Origin: Candidatus Kapaibacterium sp. | Lineage (GTDB): Bacteria > Bacteroidota > Ignavibacteria > Kapaibacteriales > Kapaibacteriaceae | Assembly (NCBI GenBank): GCA_022842685.1 | Contig: JALHPC010000005.1 | Location: 20,548 to 84,547 of the forward strand | DNA: 64,000 nt | Direction: 5' to 3' | Part shown: positions 61,805 through 64,000 of the stretch, in pieces | Layout of the letters: each line of letters begins with the position of its first letter | Numbering within the stretch: position 1 is the first letter of the stretch | Position numbers and translations under genes: made by a program | Notes under the pieces: model-generated | The model's database searches: none | What the model was told of the DNA's origin: nothing | Seen by the model: only the letters and a program-made list of their open reading frames with translations

Positions 61805-63520
61805 ATGGTACGTCTACTTCTTGCAGGGCTCACGGCCTTGTTCATCGCTGTCCCGGCGCTGGCCCAAAAGGTTCAGCTCCAGGTTATCCACAACTCTGCC
61901 GATCCCGCTGCGGCGCTAGTTGATGTCTACGTCAACGGCGAACGCGCCCTTCAGGACTTCGCATTCCGTTCAGCCACGGAATTCCTCGAATTCGAGCCTG
62001 GCGTAGCACTCAACATCGCGCTAGCGCCTTCGGGCAGTATGTCGGTGGAAGCCGCCATCAAGACGTTCACCGTCACGCTTCCTGCTGGTCGTTATGTTGG
62101 CATCGTCAATGGCGTTGTTGCCGCCGACGGCTTTGCCGCCAATCCTGGCGAACTGCCAATTACGCTCGAGCTGTTCGCACAGGCAGGCGTTCCCGAGTCG
62201 GCCGCTGCCGGCTTTGTTAATGTCATGGTGTTTCACGGCGCAACAGACGCTCCTGCCGTTGACGTCTATGCTGGCGACACGCGCGCTATCGAAGCATTGC
62301 CATATGGATCGTTTTCATCTGTGCTTCCGCTTCCAGCAAGCATATATCAGATCGGCGTAGCTGCGGCAGGTAGCGAGTCGATCCTTGCACGCTACCTTGC
62401 TGACGTAAGCGGTCTTGCAGGGCAGACTGTCACTATCGTTGCTAGCGGTTTTCTTGTACCAGGCGACAACAAGAATGGCCCAGCCTTTGGTCTGTTCGCT
62501 GCCACGTCGACTGGCGGACCAATGATTGAACTTCCGCTCATTCCAGACCTTACAGGAATTCGCCTGCAAATCATTCACAACGCTGCTGATCCGGCCGCTG
62601 CTCTCGTCGACGTCTACGTCAACGGCTTTAAGTTGCTCGATGATTTTGCATTCCGCACAGCCACGCCATTTGTTGAACTTCCTGCGGGGGTCGCGTATCA
62701 AGTTGCTATCGCCCCGGCTTCGAGCGACACCGTTACCGACGCCCTAGCGACGTTTGACTACGACCTCGAGCCAGGCACGTACATTATCGTTGCAAATGGC
62801 GTACTCAACAGGGACGGCTTTGCGTCCAATGCCGACCCTAATGCTGCTCCAATCACATTTGACCTGTATCCAATCGCAAACGCTCGCACGCAGGCCGCGC
62901 AGTCGGGCAATGTTGACGTGCTTGTATTCCACGGTGCAACCGATGCACCAGCAGTTGACATTCTCGCTGGCGAGGCTCGCCTGCTTGAAAATGTGTCGTA
63001 TGGCAAGGCCTCAAACTACCTTGAGGTTCCCGCAGGAGAGTACATCCTTGGCGTTGCTCCTACCGGCGGCGCTCCGATTGCGTTGTTCCGTGCCGACCTT
63101 GTTGAGGCCGCTGGAGCGGCAGTTACAGTACTGGCTTCTGGCTTCCTTAACCCCGAGGCAAACAAAGAGGGTCCTGCGTTCGGACTGTTTGCCGCACTTC
63201 CAGCGGGTGGCCCGCTACGTGCACTCGAGGCAGTGCAGGCTTCGGTTACTTCGTTCGATGCAATCCCTGGTGGCGTAACCGCCGTACCTAATCCATCGGC
63301 TGGTGTTGCACGCCTCGACTATGTCCAACCTGTCAACGGTACAGCAACGGTCAACGTCTATGACGTAACCGGCAACATCGTATACACAACCACCGTTGAT
63401 GCTGCTGAAGGTGCAACATCGCTTACGCTTCCATTGAATGGACTTCCACTTGGAAACTACCGTGCTCGTGTTGTTACCGGGAACTATGTGGCCTCGACAC
63501 CTGTTGTCATCGTTCGTTAA
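61805..63520 (+). CDS. T9SS cargo protein with four tandem DUF4397-like repeats and C-terminal Por sorting domain
   Basis: Signal peptide; four ~130-aa repeats each starting Q(V/I)IHN(S/A)ADPAAALVDVYVNG; C-terminus NPSAGVARLDY...YRARVVTGNYVASTPVVIVR. Confidence 0.7.
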   Translation: MVRLLLAGLTALFIAVPALAQKVQLQVIHNSADPAAALVDVYVNGERALQDFAFRSATEFLEFEPGVALNIALAPSGSMSVEAAIKTFTVTLPAGRYVGIVNGVVAADGFAANPGELPITLELFAQAGVPESAAAGFVNVMVFHGATDAPAVDVYAGDTRAIEALPYGSFSSVLPLPASIYQIGVAAAGSESILARYLADVSGLAGQTVTIVASGFLVPGDNKNGPAFGLFAATSTGGPMIELPLIPDLTGIRLQIIHNAADPAAALVDVYVNGFKLLDDFAFRTATPFVELPAGVAYQVAIAPASSDTVTDALATFDYDLEPGTYIIVANGVLNRDGFASNADPNAAPITFDLYPIANARTQAAQSGNVDVLVFHGATDAPAVDILAGEARLLENVSYGKASNYLEVPAGEYILGVAPTGGAPIALFRADLVEAAGAAVTVLASGFLNPEANKEGPAFGLFAALPAGGPLRALEAVQASVTSFDAIPGGVTAVPNPSAGVARLDYVQPVNGTATVNVYDVTGNIVYTTTVDAAEGATSLTLPLNGLPLGNYRARVVTGNYVASTPVVIVR

Positions 63521-63571
63521 GCGGATAGCTAGAACGTCTCCCCACGCCCTCTCTCCTTTCCTTGGTTAACT

Positions 63572-63621
63572 GAAGGCCCGATACAGCGCAATGCCGTATC
63601 GGGCCTTCGGTCTTTTCGTCT
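63572..63621 (+). terminator. Rho-independent terminator after DUF4397 gene
   Basis: 13-bp stem GAAGGCCCGATAC/GTATCGGGCCTTC with 11-nt loop followed by GGTCTTTTCGTCT. Confidence 0.7.
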
Positions 63622-63624
63622 GTG

Positions 63625-63708
63625 TACAAGAGGCGGGAGTCGAACCCGCACGAACTTGCGTTCGCTGGATTTTGAATCCAGTGCGTCTGCCAATTCCGCC
63701 ACTCTTGC
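63625..63708 (-). tRNA. tRNA-Leu (anticodon CAA)
   Basis: Reverse complement GCAAGAGTGGCGGAATTGGCAGACGCACTGGATTCAAAATCCAG + long variable arm + GGTTCGACTCCCGCCTCTTGTA; anticodon loop TTCAAAA. Confidence 0.85.
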
Positions 63709-63728
63709 AAACGTGCGTCGATAAGTTG

Positions 63729-63803
63729 TGGGAGGTGAGGGATTCGAACCCCCGACCCTCTGCTTGTAAGGCAGATGCTCTGAACCAGCTGAGCTAACCT
63801 CCC
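63729..63803 (-). tRNA. tRNA-Val (anticodon TAC)
   Basis: Reverse complement GGGAGGTTAGCTCAGCTGGTTCAGAGCATCTGCCTTACAAGCAGAGGGTCGGGGGTTCGAATCCCTCACCTCCCA; anticodon loop CTTACAA. Confidence 0.85.
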
Positions 63804-63833
63804 GCTTCAGTGGGATGCGAACCTACGAAAAGT

Positions 63834-64000
63834 TCACGAAATAGCCTCAACACGTCGTACTTCTTTTGCTTCAAGCCGTACGGCTCGCTCGATTCCGGCA
63901 CGGAGTGTCATGGCCGACATCGCACATCCCTTGCACGCCCCCATAAACCGCACCTCGGCTACACCAGTATGTGCATCGAAGCGCACAAACTCAATGTCTC
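63834..64000 (-). CDS. Partial (window edge) NifU-like / Nfu Fe-S cluster scaffold C-terminal domain
   Basis: Minus-strand frame reads ...EVRFMGACKGCAMSAMTLRAGIERAVR..., the CxxC NifU C-terminal motif; stop at 63834-63836. Confidence 0.55.
   Translation of the reverse strand, partial: DIEFVRFDAHTGVAEVRFMGACKGCAMSAMTLRAGIERAVRLEAKEVRRVEAIS

Overview
This is a 64-kb chromosomal window from a high-GC (roughly 55–60%) bacterium. Gene content points to a T9SS-bearing member of the Bacteroidota/Rhodothermota/Chlorobi (FCB) group. Supporting genes are a PorX-type response regulator, three cargo proteins with T9SS C-terminal sorting domains, a long-form IspG, a TilS-Hpt fusion and the mreBCD rod-shape cluster.

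Most of the window is core housekeeping:
- Central metabolism and translation: gap-pgk, ispG, prs-rplY, rpmE-rpsR, five tRNAs (Gln, His, Pro, Leu, Val).
- Envelope and chromosome maintenance: smc, mreBCD, ftsH, rho.
- Respiration and stress: nuoGHI and nuoJK, relA/spoT, ruvA, pdxH.
- A peptide-utilisation locus.

The unusual parts:
- Arabinose-donor locus. Homologues of the mycobacterial decaprenylphosphoryl-arabinose pathway (UbiA-type phosphoribosyltransferase, DprE1-like FAD oxidase, DprE2-like SDR) sit in one minus-strand locus. The UbiA gene is translationally coupled to a GH57 glucan-branching-like gene.
- Repeats. The DprE1/DprE2 junction carries a structured tandem repeat rich in GCGAAGC mini-hairpins and 12-bp perfect GC palindromes. 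A related repeat recurs about 20 kb away.
- Truncated clpB. clpB stops after NBD1 and is followed by an AT-richer 67-codon ORF that sits 3 bp from the nuoI stop.
- Split nuo cluster. nuoGHI and nuoJK are about 20 kb apart on opposite strands, with nuoJ only 26 bp downstream of relA.
- Other candidates: a eukaryote-like LRR protein next to tRNA-His, an orphan umuD, and a hairpin-dense GC-rich intergenic block that may be a small RNA or MITE.

No CRISPR array, IS element, integrase or prophage genes were recognised. Domain-level calls on well-conserved proteins are firm. Start codons, strand of small RNAs and all functional inferences are provisional because no searches could be run.
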